Positions 43,228 through 52,496 of a DNA stretch of 64,000 nucleotides are shown piece after piece. This DNA is from Myxococcota bacterium. GTDB taxonomy: Bacteria > Myxococcota_A > UBA796 > UBA9615 > JAKLKC01. The notes beneath the pieces are model-generated. The model worked only from the letters and a program-made list of their open reading frames with translations. It did no database searches and had not been told where the DNA came from. Position 1 is the first letter of the stretch; every line of letters begins with the position of its first letter. The translations under genes were made by a program, and so were the position numbers. The DNA is taken from the NCBI GenBank assembly GCA_023150875.1, contig JAKLKC010000024.1, positions 9,119 through 73,118 on the forward strand, read 5' to 3'.

Positions 43228-44810
43228 CCGGGGCACCGGCCCCCGGGGCCGCCGGGGTCTCCACCGTCCCGCCTCCCGATCCCGGGAGCGGCGACCTGCG
43301 GGACGTGGGGAGGGGCGCCTCGGCCTTCCTGCTGGGCCAGGTGGGGCGCCGCGTCCTCCAGTACGCGCTGCTCCTCCTCCTGGCGCGGGCGATGGGGGAG
43401 GCTCCCCTGGGCCTCTTCGTCCTCGGGGCGACCCTGGTCCAGCTCCTGGGGGCGTCCACGGGGGCCGGGATCCGGGACGCCCTGATCCGGGAGATCGCCG
43501 CGTCTGCCGGCCGCGATCCCGCCCGGGCGGGGATCGCCGCCCGCGCCGGCCTCCTGCTCGGGGCGGCGATCTCCCTGCCCACCGCCGCCGTCCTCGTTGC
43601 CTTCCGCGACCCCATCGCCGCCGGGGTCTTCGGCAAGCCCGAGGCCGCCGTCGTCGTCGCCGTGGCCGGCGCCGCCGTCCCCCCGGTGGTGGCGATGCAC
43701 TGGGGGCTCGCCGTGCTCCGGGCCCTCCGGAGGGTGGACCTCCAGGTCCTGGTGGAGGACCTGGTGTGGCCCGGGGCGACCCTCGCCGCCGCGGCGGTCC
43801 TGGTGGCCCTGGGCCCGACCCCCGGGCGGGCGATGATGGCGCTGCTGGTGGCTGCCCCCCTCGCCGCCGCCGTCGCCGGAGCCCTGTCCCTGCGCCAGCT
43901 CGCCGCCCGGGGGGTGCCCCGCCGCCCCGCCGGGACCCTCGCCGCCCTCCCCGGCTTCCTGCGCCTCGCCTCGCCCCTGGTGGGGACCGGGTTCCTCTCC
44001 ACCGCGGGCATGTGGCTCGACTCCCTGATGCTGGGCGCCCTGGCGCCCGCCGAGGAGCTGGGGGTGTACGGCCCGGTGTCCCGCACCGCCCTCGTGCTGC
44101 CCGTCGTCCTGTTCGCGTTCAACGCCCTGTTCAGCCCCGTGGCCGCCCACCGCCTCTCCACCCAGGGCCCCGGCGCGCTGGCCCCCGCGTTCCGCACGGT
44201 GGCCCGGTGGACGTTCGCCGGGACCCTGCTGGGGGCGATCTGCCTCGCCCTGGGGGGGCGGGACCTGCTCTCGCTGTTCGGTCCCGGCTTCGTCCGGGGC
44301 ACCGGGGCGTTGATGGTCCTGGCCTTCGCCGGCCTGGTGAACGGCGCCGTGGGATCGGTGGGGGTGCTGCTGAAGATGGGGGGCCGGCAGGGGTGGATGC
44401 TGCTGGACGGCCTGCTCTCCCAGGTGGTCGCCGCCGCGCTGGCCTGGTGGCTCATCCCGCGGATGGGCCTGATGGGGGCGGCGGTGGCGGCGTGCGCCGG
44501 CTCCCTCGTCCTCCAGGGGGCGATGGTGGTCCAGGTCCGGGCCTTCTTCGGGATCCACGCCTTCGGACGAGGGTACGTGTCGCCCCTGCTGGCGGGCGCG
44601 GGGGCCCTGGGCGCGGGGATGGCGACCCACGCCCTCGCCGGGGAGTGGCCCCCGGCCCTCCGCCTCGGCGCCGTCCTCCTGGCCTGCGTCGCCTCGTTCG
44701 CGGCGGTCTTCGCCGCCCTCGGCCTCTCCGCCGCCGACCGGGACCTGCTGCGGGGTCTTCTCTCCCGGGGGGGAGGGGGCGGGGCGCGCGCCGTTCGTGC
44801 CCGGTCTTGA
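43224..44810 (+). CDS. Polysaccharide flippase-like MOP/Wzx family membrane protein.
   Basis: About 12-14 TM helices. The Wzx-like N-terminus is LLGQVGRRVLQYALLLLLARAMG. The TTG at 43224 overlaps the upstream stop. Alternative starts are GTG near 43306 or a later ATG. Confidence 0.55.
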   Translation: MTGAPAPGAAGVSTVPPPDPGSGDLRDVGRGASAFLLGQVGRRVLQYALLLLLARAMGEAPLGLFVLGATLVQLLGASTGAGIRDALIREIAASAGRDPARAGIAARAGLLLGAAISLPTAAVLVAFRDPIAAGVFGKPEAAVVVAVAGAAVPPVVAMHWGLAVLRALRRVDLQVLVEDLVWPGATLAAAAVLVALGPTPGRAMMALLVAAPLAAAVAGALSLRQLAARGVPRRPAGTLAALPGFLRLASPLVGTGFLSTAGMWLDSLMLGALAPAEELGVYGPVSRTALVLPVVLFAFNALFSPVAAHRLSTQGPGALAPAFRTVARWTFAGTLLGAICLALGGRDLLSLFGPGFVRGTGALMVLAFAGLVNGAVGSVGVLLKMGGRQGWMLLDGLLSQVVAAALAWWLIPRMGLMGAAVAACAGSLVLQGAMVVQVRAFFGIHAFGRGYVSPLLAGAGALGAGMATHALAGEWPPALRLGAVLLACVASFAAVFAALGLSAADRDLLRGLLSRGGGGGARAVRARS

Positions 44811-44921
44811 CAGCGGGGGTCCCCTGGGGTGGGATCCCTCGGGCGGGCCGGAGGCGATGGACGCGCCGGCCTCCCCCGGGGCCCTCCCGAGGGTCGCCGC
44901 CCCCGCGGAGCCGTCGAGAAC

Positions 44922-45413
44922 ATGCGTTTCCTGCCGATCCTCGCCGCCCTGACCTCCCTGGCCGCCGCGTGCTCCTCCGACGAGACCGGGCCCGCCTGCT
45001 CCGCCGAGTACAAGGTCGTGATCTCGGTGGAGCAGTCCTCCTGCTCGGACGCCGCGGGCGTCCCCGACGAGACGTACTGGTACTGCATGGAGGCCGACGG
45101 CTCCCAGGTCGCTCTCCATTACGCTGCCCGGGACGGCGACGAGAGGCCCGAGCCCGCGGACTGGCACTTCCTCGCCGAGGGCACCCTCCAGAGCGGCGCC
45201 ATCCTCGTGTACGAGACCGACGTCCTGGAGGACCGGGATCCCGAGGAGGGCTCGGTGCTCTACAGCATCTCCGGCGAGGCGACCCTGGACGCCCAGAACG
45301 TGCTGTGGGACGGCACCGAGACCATCACGGTCTACGCCGACGCCGACTCGCGCTTCCCCGACGGCTGCTCCCACGTCTCCACCGTGAAGAGCGAGATCGA
45401 CACGGGGACCTGA
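44922..45413 (+). CDS. Small lipoprotein of unknown function.
   Basis: MRFLPILAALTSLAAACSSDE is a lipobox with Cys. 163 aa. Confidence 0.5.
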   Translation: MRFLPILAALTSLAAACSSDETGPACSAEYKVVISVEQSSCSDAAGVPDETYWYCMEADGSQVALHYAARDGDERPEPADWHFLAEGTLQSGAILVYETDVLEDRDPEEGSVLYSISGEATLDAQNVLWDGTETITVYADADSRFPDGCSHVSTVKSEIDTGT

Positions 45414-45433
45414 GGTCCCCGGGGGGAGCGGCG

Positions 45434-46750
45434 ATGCCAGTCGAGGACGTCGCCCGGCTCCTCTCCGATCCCGCCACCCGCGCCGCCGTGGCGGTGGCCG
45501 CGGCCCTGGCCGCGGGGCTGATGTGGGCCGCGCTCCGCAGGCGGCGGCGGGGGGCCGCGACGGTGGCCGCCCAGGCGCGGCGGGCGGTGCGCCTCCAGCG
45601 CCGGGGGGATCTCCTCGGGGCGGGATGGGTCCACGAGAGGGCGGGGCGCCTCCGGGACGCCGCCGAGCTCTACCAGCGGGCCGGGGATCCGGTCCTCGCC
45701 GCGGTGACCTTCGCCCGGGCGGGCCTGCCCGCGCGGGCCGCGGCGTTGCTCCTCTCCGAGGGCTACGGGGCCCACGCCGGAGAGCTGTGGTCCGGGGCGG
45801 GGATGCACGCCGAGGCGAGCCGCGCCTTCCGCATGGCGGGGTACGCCGGGCGCGCCGCCGCGGAGGCCCTGCGGGCGGGCTCCCCCGCCGACGCCGCCGC
45901 CCTGCACGAGTCTCTCGGGGACTGGCTCCCGGCCTTCCGGGCCTGGCGGGCGGCGGGGCGGGGGCCCCAGGCGTCCCGGGTGGCGGCCCTGGCCTGGGAC
46001 GCCGGGGAGCGGTGGATGGCCGGCGAGGAGGGGGCGGTGGAGCTGCTGGCCGCGGAGCGCTTCGCCGCCGCCCTGGAGGTCCTCCGGGCCGGAGGGCGCC
46101 TCCCCGAGGCCCTCCGCCTCTGCGCCGCCCACGGCCAGTGGGTCCACGCGGCTCGGGGGATCCGCGACGACCCCCCGGGCGCCTTCGCCGCCGTGCCGGG
46201 GCTGATCGCGGCCGGCTTCGGGGACGGATCCCTGTGGGCGCGGGCCTTCGACACCGCCGGAGCCGCCCCCCAGGCCGAGGCGCTCCGCCGCGCCCACCGC
46301 GTCGTCCCCACCCCCGTCCCCGAGGCCCTGCGCCCCTCTTCCCCGCGGTCCCCGGCGGTCCCCCCACCTCCCCGGGGGGCCGGCATCCGGGACGACGGCG
46401 CGATCCCCTTCGAGTCCACCGCCCCCTCCCTGGTGACCTCGCCGGGCTCCCCCGCCCGCCGTCCGCCTCCCCGGGCCTCCCTCCAGGGCGACGGGGGGGC
46501 GGCGGAGGCCACCGTTCCCCTACCCCGGGACGCTCCCGCACCGGTGGCCGCCCGGGACGATCCCGGGGCGGACGCGATCCGGGCCCTCTTCGCCGGCGTC
46601 GACTCCGCGGCGGAGGCCGCCGACGACCTGCACGGCGTCGCGGCGTTCTCGTCCGAGTTCCCCGCGCGGCCCGATCCCGGCTCCCTGGGCCCCATGGAGG
46701 AGGACCCCCCGGAGGGGCAGGGTGGCGGGGACCGCGGCGGCGGATCCTGA
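45434..46750 (+). CDS. Hypothetical Ala/Arg-rich helical-repeat (TPR-like) protein.
   Basis: ATG at 45434 with a G-rich SD. It has an N-terminal TM or signal-anchor AAVAVAAALAAGLMWAAL. Repeated A-rich helices follow. The C-terminus is a Pro-rich disordered tail. Confidence 0.45.
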   Translation: MPVEDVARLLSDPATRAAVAVAAALAAGLMWAALRRRRRGAATVAAQARRAVRLQRRGDLLGAGWVHERAGRLRDAAELYQRAGDPVLAAVTFARAGLPARAAALLLSEGYGAHAGELWSGAGMHAEASRAFRMAGYAGRAAAEALRAGSPADAAALHESLGDWLPAFRAWRAAGRGPQASRVAALAWDAGERWMAGEEGAVELLAAERFAAALEVLRAGGRLPEALRLCAAHGQWVHAARGIRDDPPGAFAAVPGLIAAGFGDGSLWARAFDTAGAAPQAEALRRAHRVVPTPVPEALRPSSPRSPAVPPPPRGAGIRDDGAIPFESTAPSLVTSPGSPARRPPPRASLQGDGGAAEATVPLPRDAPAPVAARDDPGADAIRALFAGVDSAAEAADDLHGVAAFSSEFPARPDPGSLGPMEEDPPEGQGGGDRGGGS

Positions 46751-46805
46751 GCCCGGGCACCGGCACCCGGGGCCAGAGGGCGGGCCGTTTGACCCCCGCT
46801 CGGGG

Positions 46806-47884
<1,079 letters not shown>

Positions 47885-47888
<4 letters not shown>

Positions 47889-49030
47889 GCCCGGACCCCG
47901 CCCCGGGCGGCGTGATCCACCTGCACCGCCCCACCCTCGGGGAGGAGGAGGCGCGGGCCATCGCCGAGGCGCTGGAGTCCGGGCAGCTCGTCCAGGGGCC
48001 GCGGGTGCGGGCGTTCGAGGCCGCCCTGGAGGGGCTGCTGGGGGTGCCCCACGCGGCGGCGGTCTCGTCGGGGACGGCGGCCCTGCACCTCGCCGCCCTC
48101 GCCCTGGACCTGGGGCCCGGCGACGAGGTGGTGGTGCCGGACTACACCTTCCCCGCCACCGCCGCCGCCTTCGCGCGGGTGGGGGCCTCGCCGGTCCTGG
48201 CCGACGTGGACCCCGACACCGCCAACGTCACCCCGGCGACGGTGGAGGCGGTGCTCAGCCCCCGCACCCGGGCCCTGGTCGCGGTGCACCAGTTCGGCCT
48301 CCCCGCGCCGGTGGAGCCCCTGCGGGCCCTCTGCGACGCCCGGGGGATCGCCTTCGTGGAGGACGCCGCCTGCGCCCTGGGGGCGGAGGTGGCGGCCCCC
48401 GGAGGCCCGCGCCGCTGCGGCACCTTCGGTCGGCTGGCCTGCTTCTCGTTCCACCCCCGCAAGGCGATCACCACCGCCGAGGGGGGGCTGGTCACCACCG
48501 CGGACCCGGCCCTGGACGCGCGGATCCGCCTGCTCCGCAACCACGGGATGACCCCCGGCGGGCCCACCGGCTTCGTCTTCGTCGAGGCGGGCCTGAACTA
48601 CCGCCTCACCGAGGTCCAGGCCGCCATGGGCCTGGTCCAGCTCGGCCGCCTGGGTGGGATCCTGGCGGCCCGCCGCCGCCTCTCCCTGGGCTATCGCGAG
48701 CGCCTGGAGGCCCTGCTGCCCGACCTGGGGCTCCCCGCGGACCCTGAGGGCGCCCCCCACACCTACCAGACCTTCCTGGTGCGCCTGCCCCCAGGGGTGG
48801 ACCGGGCCGGGGTGATGGCGGACCTCCGGGAGGCGGGCGTCGAGTCCTCCGTCGGCGCCCACTGCCTGCACCGCCAGCCCGCGTACTCCCGCCCGGACCC
48901 GGGGGACGCGCCCTTCCCCGGCGCCTCGTCCCTGGGCGACCGCGGGCTCGCCCTGCCCCTGCACCCCGGCCTCGGGGACGCCGACCTGGACCGGGTGGTG
49001 TCGGCGCTGGCGGGGGCCCTGGGCCGGTAG
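47885..49030 (+). CDS. DegT/DnrJ/EryC1/StrS-family PLP-dependent sugar aminotransferase.
   Basis: ATG overlaps the upstream stop (ATGA). The family signature is present, with the PLP-lysine region FSFHPRKAITTAEGG. Confidence 0.85.
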
Positions 49031-49033
49031 CGG

Positions 49034-50053
49034 TCAGAAGTCCGGAGGCGCCACCGCCACCGGCACCGGCAGGCCCTCCACCCCCACGGCGAGGCGGTCC
49101 ACCCCGTCCCCGTAAAGCTCCGTGAAGTAGATGGAGCAGGGATCCCAGTCGTCGCCGGCGCCGAAGGCGAGGCTGGCGGGGGTGTCGAGGCTGTCCGCGA
49201 AGGGGGCCGCGTCGCCGGTGGCGGTGTCGACGCGCCAGATCTGGCCGGCGAGGTTCGCGGCGACCCACAGGCCGCCCTCCACGTCCAGGGCGACGCCGTC
49301 GGGGGTGGAGCCGGCGGGCAGGTGGGCCAGCACCTCCGCCTCGCCCGCGGTCCCGTCGGCCTCCACCGCCACCCTCCACACCGGGGCGTCCGGGGCGAAG
49401 GTGCTGACCGCGTACAGGGACGCTGCGTCGGCGGAGAAGGCCATCCCGTTGGCGCTGGGGACGGCGTCGGTCCACACCGTCACCTCGCCGGGATCCGACG
49501 ACTGGTAGTCCACCTGGTAGAGGGGATCGCCGGTGTCGTCGCTGACCAGCACCGCGCCCCAGGGGGTGGCGGCGACGAAGTTGGGGTTGGGCATCCCCGC
49601 CGCCAGCTCCCGGGTGAAGGTGCCTCCGAGGGAGGCGTACCACAGCCGCCCGTCGTCCCCCGAGCCGTCGAAGGTGAACTCCCCGGGATCCGCCACCAGA
49701 AGCCCCCCCTGGGCGGGGGCCAGGCCCAGGGCGGCCTCGAAGGGGGCGTGGGGGACGACCTCGCCGCTCGGCAGGACCTCCACGAGGGCGTCGGGCCGGG
49801 TCACCCACAGGCGCCCCTCGTGGAAGGAGATCCCCTCGGTGCCCCCATCGAGGCCCGAGACCACCGTCTCCACCGCGCCGGGGGCCAGGTCGTCCCAGCA
49901 CGCCGGAGGGGGCCCGGTGTCGTCGTCGGCGGTGTCGTCGTCGGCGGCGGAGTCGTCGTCCCCGGGCGATCCGGGCCCGCAGGCGCCGGAGGGGAGGGCG
50001 AGGAGGGCGAGGAGGACGGCGGCGGCGTGTCGCATGGCGGGGGGATAGAGCAT
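49034..50053 (-). CDS. Lipoprotein with an SMP-30/gluconolactonase/strictosidine-synthase-like beta-propeller.
   Basis: Lipobox LPSGAC, then an acidic GDDDSAADDDTADDDTG linker. The propeller body (e.g. LWVTRPD, LLVADPGEF) is SGL-like. ATG at 50053 with GGAGGG upstream. Confidence 0.6.
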   Translation of the reverse strand: MLYPPAMRHAAAVLLALLALPSGACGPGSPGDDDSAADDDTADDDTGPPPACWDDLAPGAVETVVSGLDGGTEGISFHEGRLWVTRPDALVEVLPSGEVVPHAPFEAALGLAPAQGGLLVADPGEFTFDGSGDDGRLWYASLGGTFTRELAAGMPNPNFVAATPWGAVLVSDDTGDPLYQVDYQSSDPGEVTVWTDAVPSANGMAFSADAASLYAVSTFAPDAPVWRVAVEADGTAGEAEVLAHLPAGSTPDGVALDVEGGLWVAANLAGQIWRVDTATGDAAPFADSLDTPASLAFGAGDDWDPCSIYFTELYGDGVDRLAVGVEGLPVPVAVAPPDF

Positions 50054-50202
50054 CCCGCGCCCTCCGGTCAACCCCGGGCCGCCGCGCCGGCCGGAAGCCA
50101 TGTCCCCTTGCCACCCTGCCCCCGGGTCCGCCATGCTCCGCGCGGCGCGGGGCGGCGCCCCCCCGCGCCCCCCGTCCGGCTTCCTTGCGAACGAGGCCGC
50201 CC

Positions 50203-50556
50203 ATGCTCCCCCAGATCCCCGTCGTCCTCCAGACCACCCTGCTGCTGGCGGCGTCGAACGTGTTCATGACCTTCGCGTGGTACGCCCACCTGAAGAACCT
50301 CAACGACCGCCCCTGGTGGTTCGCCGCAGTGTTCTCGTGGGGGATCGCGCTGTTCGAGTACCTGCTCCAGGTGCCCGCCAACCGCATCGGCGCCGCCGAG
50401 CTCTCCCTCGGGCAGCTCAAGATCCTCCAGGAGGCCATCACCCTGACGGTCTTCGTCCCCTTCGTGCTGCTGTACATGGGCCAGCCCCTGAAGCTCGACT
50501 ACCTGTGGGCCGGCCTGTGCATCCTCGGCGCGGTCTACTTCGTCTTCCGGGCCTGA
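50203..50556 (+). CDS. Small 4-TM membrane protein (DMT-like/DUF486-type).
   Basis: ATG with GAGG 6 nt upstream. MLPQIPVVLQTTLLLAASNVFMTFAWYAHLK...WFAAVFSWGIALFEY is strongly hydrophobic. Lower GC. Confidence 0.55.
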   Translation: MLPQIPVVLQTTLLLAASNVFMTFAWYAHLKNLNDRPWWFAAVFSWGIALFEYLLQVPANRIGAAELSLGQLKILQEAITLTVFVPFVLLYMGQPLKLDYLWAGLCILGAVYFVFRA

Positions 50557-50593
50557 ACGCGCCCCTCCGAGAGCACCTGGAGAGAGTGGGAGC

Positions 50594-52186
50594 ATGGACC
50601 CGCGCCGCGACATCGACTGCCTGATCCTCCACCCCGTGCAGCGGGCGGGGTACTACCCGGTCTTCGGGCGGCTGAACTTCATCTGGATCATCCCCCAGGG
50701 GCTGTGGACCCTGGCGGGGCGCCTGGTCCGGGCGGGCCGCTCCGCCCGCATCGTCCACCTGGGGGTCTGCCACCGGGACTCCACCCAAGAGGCGGTGCGG
50801 CGCGCCCTGGCGCGCTACCGGCCCCGGGTGGTGGCCATCGCCCTGCACTGGCACCACCAGACCCACGACGCCCTCCTCGCCGCCGAGGAGGTCCGGCGGC
50901 TGGACCCGGGGATCTTCGTGGTGATGGGGGGGATCACCGCCAGCACCTTCGCCGAGGACCTGGTGCGGGAGCACCCCTCGGTGGACCTGGTGATCCAGGG
51001 GGACGCCGAGGAGCCCATCGTCGAGGTCGTGGAGGCCGTCGCCCTGGGCCGGGGGGACGTCCGCTCCGCCGCCAACGCCGTCAGCCGGGGGCCGGGAGGG
51101 GAGGTGGTGCGCTCCCCCCGGACCTACGTGGCCCGGGACGGGGACGTCACGGTCCGGGACACCATCGACTTCGGGCTCCTGGACGACTTCCCCGCCTACC
51201 GGGACCGTTGCTCGAACCCCTGGTGGGTGCCCGCGAGCCCCCTGGGCCGCCGCGCCCTGGACCGGCTCGTGGGGGGACGGCGCTTCTTCCCCATCCCGGT
51301 GGCCCGGGGCTGCGTCCACTCCTGCCTGTTCTGCGGGGGGCGGGCCTCCCACCTGGCCCGGGTCTACTCCCGCCGGGGCGTCCTGCACTTCCCCCTGGAG
51401 CAGGTGCTGGCCAACGCCCGGGCGGCCCGGGAGGCGGGTTTCGACCAGCTCTACGTGGACTTCGTGGAGCCCATGGGTGCCACCCGGCGCGACCACTACG
51501 TCGCGCTGCTCCGGGGCCTACGGGACCTCGCCCCCGCCCACGTCCAGCTCGACTGCCGCACCCTCCCCGGCCCGGAGGTCCTGGAGGCGGTCCGGAGCCT
51601 CCCCCGGGCCACGGTGATCGTGAGCATCGAGTCGGTGGAGCAGGTGGTCCGCGGGCGGCTCCAGGGCAAGAAGTGTATCGGCGACGCGGACTTGCACGCC
51701 TTCCTGCGCGCCACCCGGGACGCGGGGATCCCGGTGGAGATCTTCCTGGGGCTGGGCTACTTCGAGGGGGACGGCGATCCCCGCGAGCCGCTCCGCCGCT
51801 TCCTCCGGGAGCTGCCGAGGGAGTTCCCCCACGCCCGGGTGGTCACCAACCTCATCGAGATCGAGCCCGGATCCTCCCACCAGCAGGAGGCGGAGCGCCA
51901 CGGCTTCGTCGCCGCCCGCCGCAGCTTGGCCGACTACCGCCGCGCCGCCGGGACCTCCAAGCCGCCGGTGAACTACCGCCTGGGCTACGCGCCGAGGCGC
52001 CTGTACGACGAGGCCGTCGCCCGGGGCGCTGCGGACCCGGTGGCCGAGGCCGTGGCGGAGTACGAGCGCTTCTGGGGCGACTTCTACTGCCGCAACCTGT
52101 GCCTGGTCTCCCCCCAGGCCGGCCCCCTCCGCAACGCCGCCGCCCGCGCCGGCTGCCGCCTGGCGGAGGCCCTCCACCCGGCCTGA
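50594..52186 (+). CDS. B12-binding-domain radical SAM-like enzyme (divergent).
   Basis: The N-terminal Rossmann-like segment CLILHPVQRAGYYPVFGRLNFIWIIPQGLWTLAGRLVRAG and the cluster motif ARGCVHSCLFCGG (CxxxCxxC) both match. Confidence 0.7.
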   Translation: MDPRRDIDCLILHPVQRAGYYPVFGRLNFIWIIPQGLWTLAGRLVRAGRSARIVHLGVCHRDSTQEAVRRALARYRPRVVAIALHWHHQTHDALLAAEEVRRLDPGIFVVMGGITASTFAEDLVREHPSVDLVIQGDAEEPIVEVVEAVALGRGDVRSAANAVSRGPGGEVVRSPRTYVARDGDVTVRDTIDFGLLDDFPAYRDRCSNPWWVPASPLGRRALDRLVGGRRFFPIPVARGCVHSCLFCGGRASHLARVYSRRGVLHFPLEQVLANARAAREAGFDQLYVDFVEPMGATRRDHYVALLRGLRDLAPAHVQLDCRTLPGPEVLEAVRSLPRATVIVSIESVEQVVRGRLQGKKCIGDADLHAFLRATRDAGIPVEIFLGLGYFEGDGDPREPLRRFLRELPREFPHARVVTNLIEIEPGSSHQQEAERHGFVAARRSLADYRRAAGTSKPPVNYRLGYAPRRLYDEAVARGAADPVAEAVAEYERFWGDFYCRNLCLVSPQAGPLRNAAARAGCRLAEALHPA

Positions 52187-52496
52187 TCCGGTTGGCCGCG
52201 CGGCTGGAGCGAGAGCGCCCCGGGCGAGGAGGATGCTCGCGGGGACCGATCACCACCGCGAAGTTCGGACCGTTCGTGCGCCTGGTGCTCATCGTCCAGG
52301 ACGCCGCCGCCTCGGGGCTCCAGTCCCTCGTGGCGGAGATCGCGGCCGCGGGGAAGCCCTTCTAGCCTCCGCCCTGGCCCGGCCGCCGCGACGTGCCGGG
52401 TCGCCGCGACGGTCGGTGCCGGGGTTGGGCGAATGGGTGTAGGATCTCGGGGACGGGCCGTCCCCGTTGACGATGGACTCCGGGGAGGGAGGCGCC

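Noticed and set aside
52233-52442. A 69-aa ORF (MLAGTDHHREVRTVRAPGAHRPGRRRLGAPVPRGGDRGRGEALL...) in the rSAM to GH-like intergenic region.
   Set aside because: It has Arg/Gly-rich composition with no SD, which is typical of spurious high-GC ORFs. The alternative frame is noted separately as a weak small-ORF candidate.
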